From assembly GCA_025350645.1 (NCBI GenBank), contig JANXXM010000036.1, positions 14,699 through 78,698 on the forward strand: a stretch of DNA of 64,000 nt, written 5' to 3'. Position 1 is the first letter of the stretch, and each line of letters starts with the position of its first letter. Both the position numbers and the translations under genes were made by a program. Origin of the DNA: Ferruginibacter sp. (GTDB lineage: Bacteria > Bacteroidota > Bacteroidia > Chitinophagales > Chitinophagaceae). The notes under the pieces were generated by a model. It had not been told where the DNA came from. It saw only the letters and a list, made by a program, of their open reading frames with translations, and did not search any database. Positions 31,580-41,750 of this stretch are shown here, in pieces.

Positions 31580-32551
31580 ATGAAAGTATTGGTAACAGGT
31601 GGCGCAGGGTATATTGGTTCTGTATTGGTTAGACAATTATTAGATAAGGGCTATAGTGTAAGGGCATTGGATAATTTAAATTTTGGTGGCGATGCATTGA
31701 TAGATATAATGCTAAACCCAAATTTTGAATTTATGAAAGGCGATGTACGCAATGCTGATGATGTAAAACTTGCATTGGAAGATATTGAAGCAGTAGCTCA
31801 CTTAGCTGCAATAGTTGGAGACCCTGCCTGTAAAAAGTACAGCGATGATGCCAACAGTACCAACTGGGATGGTAGTGTAGCATTATTTGATGCTGCAGAA
31901 GCGGCTGGTATTAAACGTTTTGTTTTTGCAAGTACCTGCAGTAACTATGGTAAAATGGCTGATCCAGATTCTTTTGTTACAGAAACATCTGAATTAAATC
32001 CTGTTTCTCTTTATGCTGAATTGAAAGTAAAGTTTGAAAAATATTTGTTGGAAGATAAAAAGGATTCCAACATGTGCAGTACAGCATTGCGTTTTAGCAC
32101 TGTATATGGCTTTAGTCCACGCATTCGTTTCGATTTAACTGTAAACGAATTTACCCGTAATGCAACCGTAAATGGTGAACAACCGATTTGGGGTGCACAA
32201 TTTTGGCGGCCGTATTGCCATGTAGATGATCTTGCCCGTGCAGTAGTATTGGTAATTGAAAGCCCAGAAGAAAAAGTACGTGCAAACGTATTTAATGTAG
32301 GCAGTACAGAAGAAAATTACAACAAAGGAATGATCATAGAAGAGGTTTGTAAAGTGGTGCCCAATGTAAAAGTTGACTATGTGGAAATGAATGAGGATCC
32401 TCGTGACTACCGTGTAAATTTTGATAAAATTAAAAATGAATTAGGTTATACCATTACTAAAACGGTACCTGATGGTGTAAAAGAAATTTATACTTTATTA
32501 AAAACAGGAATCGTTATAGATTCTTTCTCGCAAAAATTTAGAAACATCTAA
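31580..32551 (+). CDS. NAD-dependent sugar epimerase/dehydratase (extended SDR)
   Basis: GGAGYIG, HLAAIVGDPAC, ASTCSNYG, YAELK (YxxxK), RF.TVYG.SPR.RFDL.VN. Confidence 0.9.
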   Translation: MKVLVTGGAGYIGSVLVRQLLDKGYSVRALDNLNFGGDALIDIMLNPNFEFMKGDVRNADDVKLALEDIEAVAHLAAIVGDPACKKYSDDANSTNWDGSVALFDAAEAAGIKRFVFASTCSNYGKMADPDSFVTETSELNPVSLYAELKVKFEKYLLEDKKDSNMCSTALRFSTVYGFSPRIRFDLTVNEFTRNATVNGEQPIWGAQFWRPYCHVDDLARAVVLVIESPEEKVRANVFNVGSTEENYNKGMIIEEVCKVVPNVKVDYVEMNEDPRDYRVNFDKIKNELGYTITKTVPDGVKEIYTLLKTGIVIDSFSQKFRNI

Positions 32552-32570
32552 CATGCTGATAAATGTATTA

Positions 32571-32599
32571 AAAACCCCGTTCGTAAAGAACGGGGTTTT
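32571..32599 (+). terminator. Intrinsic terminator hairpin AAAACCCCGTTC-gtaaa-GAACGGGGTTTT
   Basis: 12-bp stem, extendable to about 32561-32608, directly after the epimerase stop. Confidence 0.75.
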
Positions 32600-32652
32600 A
32601 ATACATTTGCAATTTCTTTTAAGTAAACAAAGCCATTTTTAAATAATTTATT

Positions 32653-33786
32653 ATGCTTTTATTGAGTGGCCCAAACATGGGCGGTAACGAATTAAAATAC
32701 GTAACAGAATGCATAGAGACCGGATGGGTAAGCAGTGTTGGCAGCTATGTAGATAAATTTGAACAAATGAGTGCTGAATATGCAGGTACAAAATATGCCG
32801 TGGCTACCAGTAGCGGCACTACTGCCTTGCATATTTGCTTAATACTTGCTGGTGTGGGGCAAAATGATATGGTAATAGCGCCCAATATTACTTTTATAGC
32901 TACACTTAATGCAATAAAATATACAGGAGCATCACCAATATTAATAGATACTGATGCCGATAACTGGCAAATGGATTTAAATATTTTAGAAACATTTTTA
33001 CAAGCTGAAACAGTGCAGAAGGATTATGTTTGCTATCATAAATTAACAGGCAAGCGTATACCTATCATAATGCCTGTACATGTACTAGGTAATATTTGCA
33101 ATATGGACAAATTGCTTGCCTTGGCAAAGCAACATAACTTAGTAGTTATTGAAGACAGTACAGAAGCACTCGGCAGTTACTACAAAGGTAAACATGGAGG
33201 TAGCTTTGGGTTGATGGGGACTTTTAGTTACAACGGCAATAAAATAATTACTACAGGTGGTGGTGGTATGATTTTAACCAACGATGAAGCCCTTGCTAAA
33301 AGAGCTAAGCATCTTACCACTCAGGCAAAGAGCGATCCTTTTGAATATATGCATGATGAAATTGGATATAATTACCGTCTTGTAAATGTAGCGGCAGCAA
33401 TGGGTGTAGCACAAATGGAACAATTGCCTGGCTTTATTGCCCGCAAAAAAGAAATCATTGCTTTTTATAAAAAAGAATTACATGGAATAGGAGATATTAA
33501 GTTTCAACAAGTAAGTGACGATGTAACGCCTAACTGGTGGTTGCCTACTATTTTTACAATTAAGCAAAAAGAAGTTTTAAAAGCATTGAACGACAGCAAA
33601 ATGCAAAGCCGCCCATTTTGGGTGCCGATGAACCAATTGCCAATGTTTAAAAATGATTTATATATTCAAAACAATGATCGTTCAGATTTTGTATACCAAC
33701 ATTGCTTAAGTATACCTTGCAGTACTTATATTACCGATGCAGATTTAAAAACCGTTACCAACAAAATAAAAGAAGTGTTTATTTAA
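32653..33786 (+). CDS. LegC-like DegT/DnrJ/EryC1/StrS sugar aminotransferase
   Basis: GWVSSVG..V, SSGTTALH, PVHVLGN, EDSTEALG, SYNGNKIITTGGGG, GYNYR. Confidence 0.9.
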   Translation: MLLLSGPNMGGNELKYVTECIETGWVSSVGSYVDKFEQMSAEYAGTKYAVATSSGTTALHICLILAGVGQNDMVIAPNITFIATLNAIKYTGASPILIDTDADNWQMDLNILETFLQAETVQKDYVCYHKLTGKRIPIIMPVHVLGNICNMDKLLALAKQHNLVVIEDSTEALGSYYKGKHGGSFGLMGTFSYNGNKIITTGGGGMILTNDEALAKRAKHLTTQAKSDPFEYMHDEIGYNYRLVNVAAAMGVAQMEQLPGFIARKKEIIAFYKKELHGIGDIKFQQVSDDVTPNWWLPTIFTIKQKEVLKALNDSKMQSRPFWVPMNQLPMFKNDLYIQNNDRSDFVYQHCLSIPCSTYITDADLKTVTNKIKEVFI

Positions 33787-33864
33787 TGCAAATTTTATTT
33801 GCAAATTGAAAATACTTAGAGATTGTACGCTCTTAAATAAAATTTTCCTGAACTGCACTTTTGT

Positions 33865-34521
33865 ATGTATAAAATTATAAAACGTATACTCGATATTTTA
33901 ATTGCTGGTTTTGCATTTATCATTTTATCGCCCATACTTATACCTGTAATGATAATTTTAAAATTGACAGGCGAGCATGAAATATTTTATTTTCAAAAAA
34001 GACTCGGGTATAAAAATAAGCCATTCAATATTTGGAAGTTTGCCACTATGCTTAAAAACAGTCCGAGCATTGGTACCGGGGAAATTACTTTACGCAACGA
34101 CCCGCGGGTAATGCCTTTTGGTTCTTTTCTTCGTAAAACAAAAATTAACGAACTTCCACAAATCTTCAATGTTTTAAAAGGAGATATGAGTATTGTAGGC
34201 CCACGGCCATTAATGGAAGTAAGTTTTAATCAATACGAAGAAAATATCAAAAGAAATATTTACAACGCTAAACCTGGTATCACAGGCATTGGGTCATTAA
34301 TTTTTAGAGATGAAGAAAAAATAGTTTCAGAAGCTGAAGATCCTAAATTGATGTACAGTAAAATATTTCCTTTTAAGGGCGAATTGGAAATGTGGTATCA
34401 AAAAAATGCTTCTGTATTAACAGATTTCAAAATCATATTCCTTACCGCCTGGTCTATTATTTTTCCAGAAAATAAACTGGCGACTACATTTTTTAAAGAT
34501 TTGCCAGTACGAGGTTTTTAA
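33865..34521 (+). CDS. Initiating bacterial sugar (phospho)transferase, PglC-like
   Basis: IKRILD, single [43 protein letters not shown]. Confidence 0.92.
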   Translation: MYKIIKRILDILIAGFAFIILSPILIPVMIILKLTGEHEIFYFQKRLGYKNKPFNIWKFATMLKNSPSIGTGEITLRNDPRVMPFGSFLRKTKINELPQIFNVLKGDMSIVGPRPLMEVSFNQYEENIKRNIYNAKPGITGIGSLIFRDEEKIVSEAEDPKLMYSKIFPFKGELEMWYQKNASVLTDFKIIFLTAWSIIFPENKLATTFFKDLPVRGF

Positions 34522-34636
34522 TCTTCAATCCTATATTGTTTTTTCATTTATTCACTTTTCGATGAAAGGATAACCAACTATTATTTTTTAACGATTAAAT
34601 TTGTATGGTAGTGTTTTAAAAACACATCCATTTTCT

Positions 34637-36136
34637 ATGCAAAAAGTTATCATAATAGGCAGCGGATTTGCCGGATTATCTGCCGCTTCATTTTTAGCAA
34701 AAGACGGATGGGATGTAACCGTGCTAGAAAAAAACAGCATGCCAGGCGGGCGGGCACAAAAATTTACTGCCGGGGGATTTACTTTTGATATGGGGCCAAG
34801 CTGGTACTGGATGCCTGATGTATTTGACCGGTATTTTAATTGTTTTGGAAAAAAAGTAGCTGATTACTATACACTCAAAAGATTAGATCCCTCCTACTCG
34901 GTATATTATCCTGATAGAAAATTAGACATCCCCGCCGATCTTACAGCATTAAAAAAACTATTTGAATCGCTGGAAGCGGGTAGTGGCGTACAGTTAGATA
35001 AATTTTTAGCAGAGGCAGAATATAAATATGAAGTGGGTGTAAACAAACTGGTGTATAAACCCAGCTTATCTATAACCGAATTTTTAGACATTGATCTTGC
35101 AAAAGGAATTTTAAAGCTGGATGTATTTACGAATATGAAAAAGCATATCGCAAAATATTTTAAAAATCCGCTTATTGTTGAGCTGATGGAGTTTCCGGTG
35201 CTTTTTTTGGGAGCACTACCACAAAATATACCCGCTTTATACAGCCTCATGAATTATGCAGATATTAAATTGGGCACCTGGTACCCTGAGGGCGGCATGT
35301 ACAATATAGCCGATGCTATGTACAAGATTGCTGAAGAACTGGGCGTAAAATTTAAGTTTGGTCACAATGTTTCTGCCATAAACATAGCGGCTGGCAAAGC
35401 CATATCGGTATCGGCAAAGCTGTTATCTTCAAATAATTCTGAAATTAATGAAAATTTTGCGGCAGATGTTGTAATTTCGGCGGCAGACTATCATTTTACA
35501 GAAATGACATTGCTACCAGAAAAAAACAGAACTTACAGTGAACAATATTGGGATAAAAGGGTAATGGCACCTTCTTCGTTGTTATATTATGTAGGCTTAA
35601 ATAAAAAATTGCAGCATGTGACGCACCATTCCCTGTTTTTTGATGTGGATTTTGATAAGCATGGTAAAGAAATTTACGATGATCCCCAATGGCCAACAGA
35701 ACCATTGTTTTATGTAAGCGCCACATCAGTAACTGATAATACAGTAGCACCACCGGGTTGCGAGAATTTATTTTTTCTTATACCCGTAGCCGCAGGGCTG
35801 CAGGGCGATACAGAAGAACTTCGGGATAAATATTTTGATAAAATTGTTCAGCGTTTTGAAAAATATACAGGAGAAAAGATATCGGATGCAATTATTTACA
35901 AAAGAACTTATGCAGTATCCAATTTCGTAGATGATTACAATTCGTATAAAGGCAATGCTTATGGGCTAGCAAATACGCTTATGCAAACAGCCATTTTAAA
36001 ACCGGCAATGAAAAGTAAAAAAGTAAGCAATCTTTTTTATGCAGGGCAATTAACAGTACCAGGACCAGGCGTGCCACCATCACTTATAAGCGGAGAAGTA
36101 GCCGCCAAACAAATTATAAAAGAATTTAAAAAATAG
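34637..36136 (+). CDS. crtI: Phytoene desaturase
   Basis: IIGSGFAGL, PGGRA, FDMGPSWY, YPEGG, NLFYAGQLTVPGPGVPPSLISG; ATG at 34637. Confidence 0.93.
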   Translation: MQKVIIIGSGFAGLSAASFLAKDGWDVTVLEKNSMPGGRAQKFTAGGFTFDMGPSWYWMPDVFDRYFNCFGKKVADYYTLKRLDPSYSVYYPDRKLDIPADLTALKKLFESLEAGSGVQLDKFLAEAEYKYEVGVNKLVYKPSLSITEFLDIDLAKGILKLDVFTNMKKHIAKYFKNPLIVELMEFPVLFLGALPQNIPALYSLMNYADIKLGTWYPEGGMYNIADAMYKIAEELGVKFKFGHNVSAINIAAGKAISVSAKLLSSNNSEINENFAADVVISAADYHFTEMTLLPEKNRTYSEQYWDKRVMAPSSLLYYVGLNKKLQHVTHHSLFFDVDFDKHGKEIYDDPQWPTEPLFYVSATSVTDNTVAPPGCENLFFLIPVAAGLQGDTEELRDKYFDKIVQRFEKYTGEKISDAIIYKRTYAVSNFVDDYNSYKGNAYGLANTLMQTAILKPAMKSKKVSNLFYAGQLTVPGPGVPPSLISGEVAAKQIIKEFKK

Positions 36137-36972
36137 TGTTTCAAATTTTTAACGATATAAGCCACCAATGTAGCAAGCTTACCACGGAGCGTTACAGTAC
36201 TTCGTTTAGCAGCGCAATAAAATTATTGCATATAGATATTCGCGGGCCTATATATGACCTTTACGGGTTTGTTCGTTTTGCAGATGAGATTGTAGATACT
36301 TTTCATGATTATGATAAGGAAAAATTACTCTCCTCTTTTAAAAAAGAAACTTACGAAGCTATTGAAAGCGGCATCAGCCTCAATCCTATTTTGCAAAGCT
36401 TTCAAATTACGGTAAACAAATTTCTTATAGACCCCGCACTTATAGAATCTTTTTTTAACAGTATGGAAATGGATTTGGGCAATAAGCAGTATGACAGCGA
36501 AGGTTATGATAAATATATTTACGGTAGTGCAGAGGTAGTGGGTCTTATGTGCCTGTATGTTTTTTGCGATGGCGATAAAGTGATGTATGAAAAATTAAAA
36601 CCCGGCGCTCAGTCACTGGGTGCAGCTTTTCAAAAAGTAAATTTTTTGCGAGATCTTAAAGCAGATCATGAGCAACTGAACCGTACCTATTTTCCGGGTG
36701 TAAATTTTAAAAATTTTACTGAAAATGATAAACGGGAAATAGAAAAAGACATCTCTGAAGATTTAAAAAATGCATATAGCAGTATACTCCTGCTGCCTGC
36801 AAAAGCAAGGTTTGGTGTATATCTTGCTTATAAATATTATCTTACGCTTTTTAAGAAAATAAAAAAAGCACAGCCACAAATGCTGTTGCAGCAGCGGGTA
36901 AGAATAAGTAACTCGTACAAAGCCGTAATTTTGGTAAAAGCGGGTTTGCGAAGTTCGTTCAATGTATTATGA
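36136..36972 (+). CDS. crtB: Phytoene synthase
   Basis: YSTSFS, YGFVRFADEIVD, YIYGSAEVVGLMC, LG.AFQKVNFLRDL; GTG start overlapping the crtI stop. Confidence 0.93.
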   Translation: MFQIFNDISHQCSKLTTERYSTSFSSAIKLLHIDIRGPIYDLYGFVRFADEIVDTFHDYDKEKLLSSFKKETYEAIESGISLNPILQSFQITVNKFLIDPALIESFFNSMEMDLGNKQYDSEGYDKYIYGSAEVVGLMCLYVFCDGDKVMYEKLKPGAQSLGAAFQKVNFLRDLKADHEQLNRTYFPGVNFKNFTENDKREIEKDISEDLKNAYSSILLLPAKARFGVYLAYKYYLTLFKKIKKAQPQMLLQQRVRISNSYKAVILVKAGLRSSFNVL

Positions 36973-38465
36973 GTATTTCAAACAAAAAGGCAGTTATTAT
37001 TGGCAGTGGTGTAGCAGGTATGGCAACGGCTACAAGACTTACTGTGCTTGGTTTTGAAGTACATGTATATGAAAAAAACAGCTATCCCGGCGGCAAATTA
37101 TCTGCTTTTGAAAAAGATGGTTTTCAATTTGATGCTGGTCCATCGCTTTTTACTCAACCGCACAATATAGAAGCTCTTTTTGAACTGGCGGGCGAGCCAG
37201 TAGCAGAATATTTTTCTTATAAAAAACTACCCGTTGCCTGTAAATATTTTTACGAAAACGGCAAAGAAATAATTGCATATACCGATGCGGAATTGTTTGC
37301 CGCAGAACTTTTAGAAAAAACCGGCGAGCAGCCGGAAAAATTAAAAAAATATTTACAGCGGTCAAAAAATATTTATGATAATATTGCCAACGTTTTCTTA
37401 GGCCACTCGCTGCATAAAAAAAGAACATGGCTGCACAGTCGTTCCTTTAAGGCTTTGCGGTCTGCAAAATTTTCTTATATTTTTAAATCGCTGGGCAGGT
37501 ACAATGGGCAGCAGTTTGCAACAGCCGAAACGCAGCAAATTTTTAACCGCTTTGCTACCTATAACGGCAGTAATCCTTTTAAAGCACCGGCCATGCTTAG
37601 CCTTATACCGCACCTGGAGCAAAATGAAGGAGCGTTTTACCCCAAAGGCGGCATGATTAGTATTACCAATGCATTGTACCATCTTGCTGTAAAAAAAGGG
37701 GTGCAGTTTTATTTTAATGCACCTGTACAAAAAATTATTTACAACGAAAATATTACACAGGGCATTGTGGTAAATAATGAAAATATAATGGCTGATGTGG
37801 TGGTGAGCAATGGCGATGTTTATTTTACCTATAAAAATTTACTGGAAAATTTACCTAAAGCAAATAAAATTTTAAAACAGGAACGCAGCAGCAGCGCACT
37901 GGTTTTTTACTGGGGCATCAATAAAAAATTACCACAGTTAGATTTGCATAATATTTTTTTCAGCAAAAATTATGCTGCCGAGTTTGATCACATTTTTCGT
38001 TTAAAAAAACTATACAGTGATCCTACAATCTACATAAACATTACCTCTAAAATGGAGCCGGATAACTGCCCGCCGGGTAGCGAAAGCTGGTTTGTAATGA
38101 TAAATGTAGCAGCCAATACTACTTATGATGAAGACGAGTTAAAAGCTACTGCAAAAAAATATATTACAGAAAAGCTGAACCGTATATTAAAAGAAGATAT
38201 CACTCCCTATATTGTTACTGAAGAAATATTGCATCCGCAACTGATGGAAACCAAAACAGGAGCATATCTTGGCTCATTGTACGGTACAAGTTCCAATTCT
38301 AAAATGGCAGCATTTTTTCGTCATCCAAATTTTACGACGGCTATAAAAAATTTATACTTTTGTGGTGGCAGTGTGCACCCGGGTGGTGGCATACCACTTT
38401 GCCTTAGCAGTGCAAAAATTGTAAGCGATATTATAGCACATGATCAAAAAAAGAAAAGGCATTGA
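36969..38465 (+). CDS. crtD: 1-hydroxycarotenoid 3,4-desaturase
   Basis: Second CrtI-family FAD desaturase: FDAGPSLFT, RFATYNGS.P, GSLYG.SSN, GGSVHPGGGIPLCL. Confidence 0.85.
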   Translation: MSISNKKAVIIGSGVAGMATATRLTVLGFEVHVYEKNSYPGGKLSAFEKDGFQFDAGPSLFTQPHNIEALFELAGEPVAEYFSYKKLPVACKYFYENGKEIIAYTDAELFAAELLEKTGEQPEKLKKYLQRSKNIYDNIANVFLGHSLHKKRTWLHSRSFKALRSAKFSYIFKSLGRYNGQQFATAETQQIFNRFATYNGSNPFKAPAMLSLIPHLEQNEGAFYPKGGMISITNALYHLAVKKGVQFYFNAPVQKIIYNENITQGIVVNNENIMADVVVSNGDVYFTYKNLLENLPKANKILKQERSSSALVFYWGINKKLPQLDLHNIFFSKNYAAEFDHIFRLKKLYSDPTIYINITSKMEPDNCPPGSESWFVMINVAANTTYDEDELKATAKKYITEKLNRILKEDITPYIVTEEILHPQLMETKTGAYLGSLYGTSSNSKMAAFFRHPNFTTAIKNLYFCGGSVHPGGGIPLCLSSAKIVSDIIAHDQKKKRH

Positions 38466-39151
38466 AGTTTTTAAAAAATAAATATCAGGTTGCAACAGCT
38501 ATTGCGGTACTTTTTCATATTATTGGCCTTGTAGGAATTTTGTTTTTTGATGCGCCATTTTTTATTTCTATTACGCCGCTTAACCTGTTGCTTATGTTTG
38601 TACTGATATTGTACACACAGGATAAAATAAATCTCCCTTTCCTTTTATTTATGGGAGTTTGTTTTGTGGTTGGTTTTGCCGCAGAAGTTGCAGGTACCTC
38701 TACCGGCTTGCTTTTTGGGCAATATGCGTATGGCAAAACCCTGGGGTCAGGTTTTAAAAATGTACCGTTTGTAATTGGTATAAACTGGTTTGTTATTATG
38801 TATTGCTGTGGTGCTACGGTGCATTTACTTTTAGAAAAAATATCTGCAAAACTTACCCAAATAACGGGCGCACCAGCCCCAGCCATTCGTTTTTTTTCTA
38901 TAATGAGCGATGGTGCTATGCTGGCCGTTTTTTTTGATTGGGTAATGGAACCTGCTGCCGTAAAACTGGGTTACTGGCAATGGCTGGGTACAGGAGAAAT
39001 ACCGACATATAATTATTTAACATGGTTTATCATCAGCGCATTAATAATGACAGTTTTCCATTGCTTAAATTTTAATAAAAAAAATATTTTCGCCGTAAAT
39101 TTGCTAATGATTATGATGATGTTTTTCATGCTCATAAGAACCTTTTTATGA
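38462..39151 (+). CDS. cruF: Carotenoid 1,2-hydratase, CruF/DUF422 family
   Basis: E..G..TG..FG.Y.Y..LG, VP..I..NW, D..MEP.A...GYW.W, P.YNY..W. Confidence 0.8.
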   Translation: MKFLKNKYQVATAIAVLFHIIGLVGILFFDAPFFISITPLNLLLMFVLILYTQDKINLPFLLFMGVCFVVGFAAEVAGTSTGLLFGQYAYGKTLGSGFKNVPFVIGINWFVIMYCCGATVHLLLEKISAKLTQITGAPAPAIRFFSIMSDGAMLAVFFDWVMEPAAVKLGYWQWLGTGEIPTYNYLTWFIISALIMTVFHCLNFNKKNIFAVNLLMIMMMFFMLIRTFL

Positions 39152-39624
39152 ATCTACTTTTCTTTATATCAATTACACTGGGTACATTCTTTTTAATGGA
39201 AGGAATTACCTGGGCTACACATAAGTTTGTAATGCATGGTTTTTTATGGTATTTGCACGAAGATCATCACCAGCCCAAAGGGTATGCTTTTGAAAAAAAC
39301 GATGCATTCTTCCTCATTTTTGCTATACCTAGCTGGCTTTGCATTATGCTTGGTTTAGAACATAAAAATTATATAGCTGCCGCCATTGGCTTTGGTATAG
39401 CACTATATGGATTTGCTTATTTTTTGGTGCATGATGTAATTATTCACCAGCGGTTTAAATGGTTTACCCGCAGCAGCAATGTGTATATACGCACTATACG
39501 ATGGGCGCATAAAATGCACCACAAACAAATGGGCAAAGAACGTGGCGAAAGTTTTGGAATGCTGTATGTTGCAAAAAAATACTGGGAAAAAGTGAAGGCA
39601 GATAAAATGAGAAAAGTTTTTTAA
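39148..39624 (+). CDS. crtZ: Beta-carotene 3-hydroxylase
   Basis: Histidine boxes HKFVMHG, LHEDHH, VHD..IHQR, HKMHH; ends in SFG.L. Confidence 0.92.
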   Translation: MNLLFFISITLGTFFLMEGITWATHKFVMHGFLWYLHEDHHQPKGYAFEKNDAFFLIFAIPSWLCIMLGLEHKNYIAAAIGFGIALYGFAYFLVHDVIIHQRFKWFTRSSNVYIRTIRWAHKMHHKQMGKERGESFGMLYVAKKYWEKVKADKMRKVF

Positions 39625-39723
39625 ATGCCTCACAGAATTGTCTCACGGTTTGAAGCTTCTTTTATACATTAACGTATTTATTATAAAATATGAAACTGAA
39701 GTACGCACTCCTCTTATTAGTTT

Positions 39724-39909
39724 TTTGTGGCAATTAAAAAAAATTTATTGCAACAAAATGATTAAAAATTTTAAATGAAAGAAATTAAAGAAAGGCTTAG
39801 TGAGGATGATGTGCAATTAAACCAGATTTATGATGCAATGGAAAATTTATTAGATAAAAAATGGCGCAAAAAATGGGAAGACAGGCAAAGAATAGGTTTT
39901 AATAAATAA
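39724..39909 (+). pseudogene. C-terminal remnant of an ORF6N-domain-like gene
   Basis: Frame reads FVAIKKNLLQQND*KF*MKEIKERLSEDDVQLNQIYDAMENLLDKKWRKKWEDRQRIGFNK*. The D.QLNQIYDA.ENLL...RIGF tail is recalled from Bacteroidota ORF6N proteins; two in-frame stops. Confidence 0.6.
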
Positions 39910-39918
39910 TTAAACTAC

Positions 39919-40614
39919 TTGAATACCCACTACACATATTTTCTTATACTTGCTTGCTCCCTTGCCGGTCCGCTGGCACTTAGCTTCGATCGTAAAGTAG
40001 CTTTTTATACAAAATGGAAATACGTTTTGCCTGCAATGGTTTTGCCTGCGTTATTTTATATTATTTGGGATGCATGGTTTACCTCAATACATGTTTGGTC
40101 ATTTAACCCAGGTTATATTTCCGGTATTCATATTCTTAATTTACCAGTAGAAGAAGTGCTGTTCTTTTTTATAGTGCCGTACAATTGCACTTTTATTTAT
40201 GAATGCATTCGTTGCTATTTTCCAAAGCTGCAAAGCACTATTCTATCAGAAAAAATATTATTTACAATTGGCTTGTTTCTTTTTATAATATCCATCTTTT
40301 TTAACCAGCATAAATACAGTTTTTATACAGCCATTTTTTGTGCAGCATTTATTTTCCTTTTTTTTATTTTCCGCAAAAATATATTATCATTTAACAGCTC
40401 CGTATTTTTAATAAGTTATGCCATCATTCTTATTCCTTTTTTGCTGGTAAATGGTTTTCTTACAGCAATACCGGTAGTTTTATATAACGATGCAGAAAAT
40501 CTTTCTCTTCGCATATACAGCATACCAGTAGAAGATATTTTTTACGGCATGCTGCTGGTACTCATGAATATTGTGCTGTTTGAAAAATGGAGAGAACCCA
40601 GAGTAAAAATTTAA
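39919..40614 (+). CDS. crtY: Lycopene cyclase, membrane-bound fused CrtYc/d type
   Basis: Two repeated domains WD......WSFN...LP.EE..FF...PY and NG.LT....Y.....R...IP.ED..YG; TTG start. Confidence 0.88.
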   Translation: MNTHYTYFLILACSLAGPLALSFDRKVAFYTKWKYVLPAMVLPALFYIIWDAWFTSIHVWSFNPGYISGIHILNLPVEEVLFFFIVPYNCTFIYECIRCYFPKLQSTILSEKILFTIGLFLFIISIFFNQHKYSFYTAIFCAAFIFLFFIFRKNILSFNSSVFLISYAIILIPFLLVNGFLTAIPVVLYNDAENLSLRIYSIPVEDIFYGMLLVLMNIVLFEKWREPRVKI

Positions 40615-40616
40615 CT

Positions 40617-41527
40617 ATGGAATTTGGAAGAGTAGAAAAAAATGAATTGAACAAAATAGATTTCTCGCTGCCTGCAGAGCCTGCATTCAATAAAAAATAT
40701 TGAAAGGTAAAGCCGTAAAGCATCCTGTAGTTTATATGGGTTGTGCAAAATGGGGACGACCGGAGTGGGTAGGTAAAATTTACCCGCTAAAAACAAAAGA
40801 AAAAGATTTTTTAGACCATTATGTACAACACTACAACAGCATAGAATTAAATGCCACACATTATAAAGTGTACGGGCCGGATGCTATAAAAAAATGGGCG
40901 GATAAGGCAGAAGGAAAAGATTTTAAATTCTGTCCAAAAATGTACAAAGGTATTACCCATTTTGGAAAACTTACGGGGAAAGATTTTATACAAGACGAAT
41001 TTTTAAAAGGAATTATTGCATTTAAAGAACACTTAGGTCCTGTTTTTATACAGGTGAGCGAATCCTTTTCTCCTAAAAGAAAAAACGAATTGTTTGAGTA
41101 CCTAAAATCTTTACCCGAAGATGTACAATTCTTTTTAGAAGTGCGCCATACAGAATGGTTTAGCAACAATGATATTGCAGCCGAATTATATAACACCCTA
41201 AAAAAATTAAATATCGGCATTGTAATTACAGATACGGCCGGCCGCAGAGATTGTGCACACATGCACTTAACAATTCCAAAAACCTTTATTCGTTATGTAG
41301 GCAACAGTTTGCACAAATCTGATTATACCCGTATAAATGCATGGGTAGAAAGAATACATTACTGGTTACAAAATGGGCTTAAAGAACTGTATTTTTTTAT
41401 GCACATGCATGAGGAAGCTACCTCGCCAGAACTCAGCATTTACCTTGCTGATAAATTATACAAAGTATGCGGCCTGAATGTGCAAAAGCCTGTTTTTGTT
41501 ACAAATCAAAAAGGGTTGTTTGAGTAG
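40617..41527 (+). pseudogene. DUF72 family protein, frameshifted at an A6 run
   Basis: ATG 40617 MEFGRVEKNELNKIDFSLPAEPAFNKK runs into TGA 40701. The main frame (GCAKWG, IELNAT.Y, FCPK, EVRH, TDTAGRRD, DY.RI..W) continues in the -1 frame; one extra A at 40692-40697 would join them. Confidence 0.75.
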
Positions 41528-41719
41528 TATATAATTTATCCTCTTATTCATTCGCTGTTATCCCTGTTTCGCTTTGTGAAACTTCTTGTTGACCCGCCAT
41601 TATAAATATTTCTTCGTTTGAAACCTTTTTGACTCAACATTTTTGCTGTCAAATTAATTTGAGCCAACATTTTATGGTATCAAATAATGATTTGCAGCTA
41701 CAGATCCATCAGTGCAATC

Positions 41720-41727
41720 TACTTTTG
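41720..41727 (+). promoter_or_regulatory. -7 element TACTTTTG for the TBDR
   Basis: Exact match; supports the ATG at 41751 as the start. Confidence 0.55.
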
Positions 41728-41750
41728 AGAAACAAATCAAAACCAACACA

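Noticed and set aside
41540-41670. Short minus-strand reading frames between DUF72 and the TBDR
   Set aside because: No recognisable motif; the region looks regulatory
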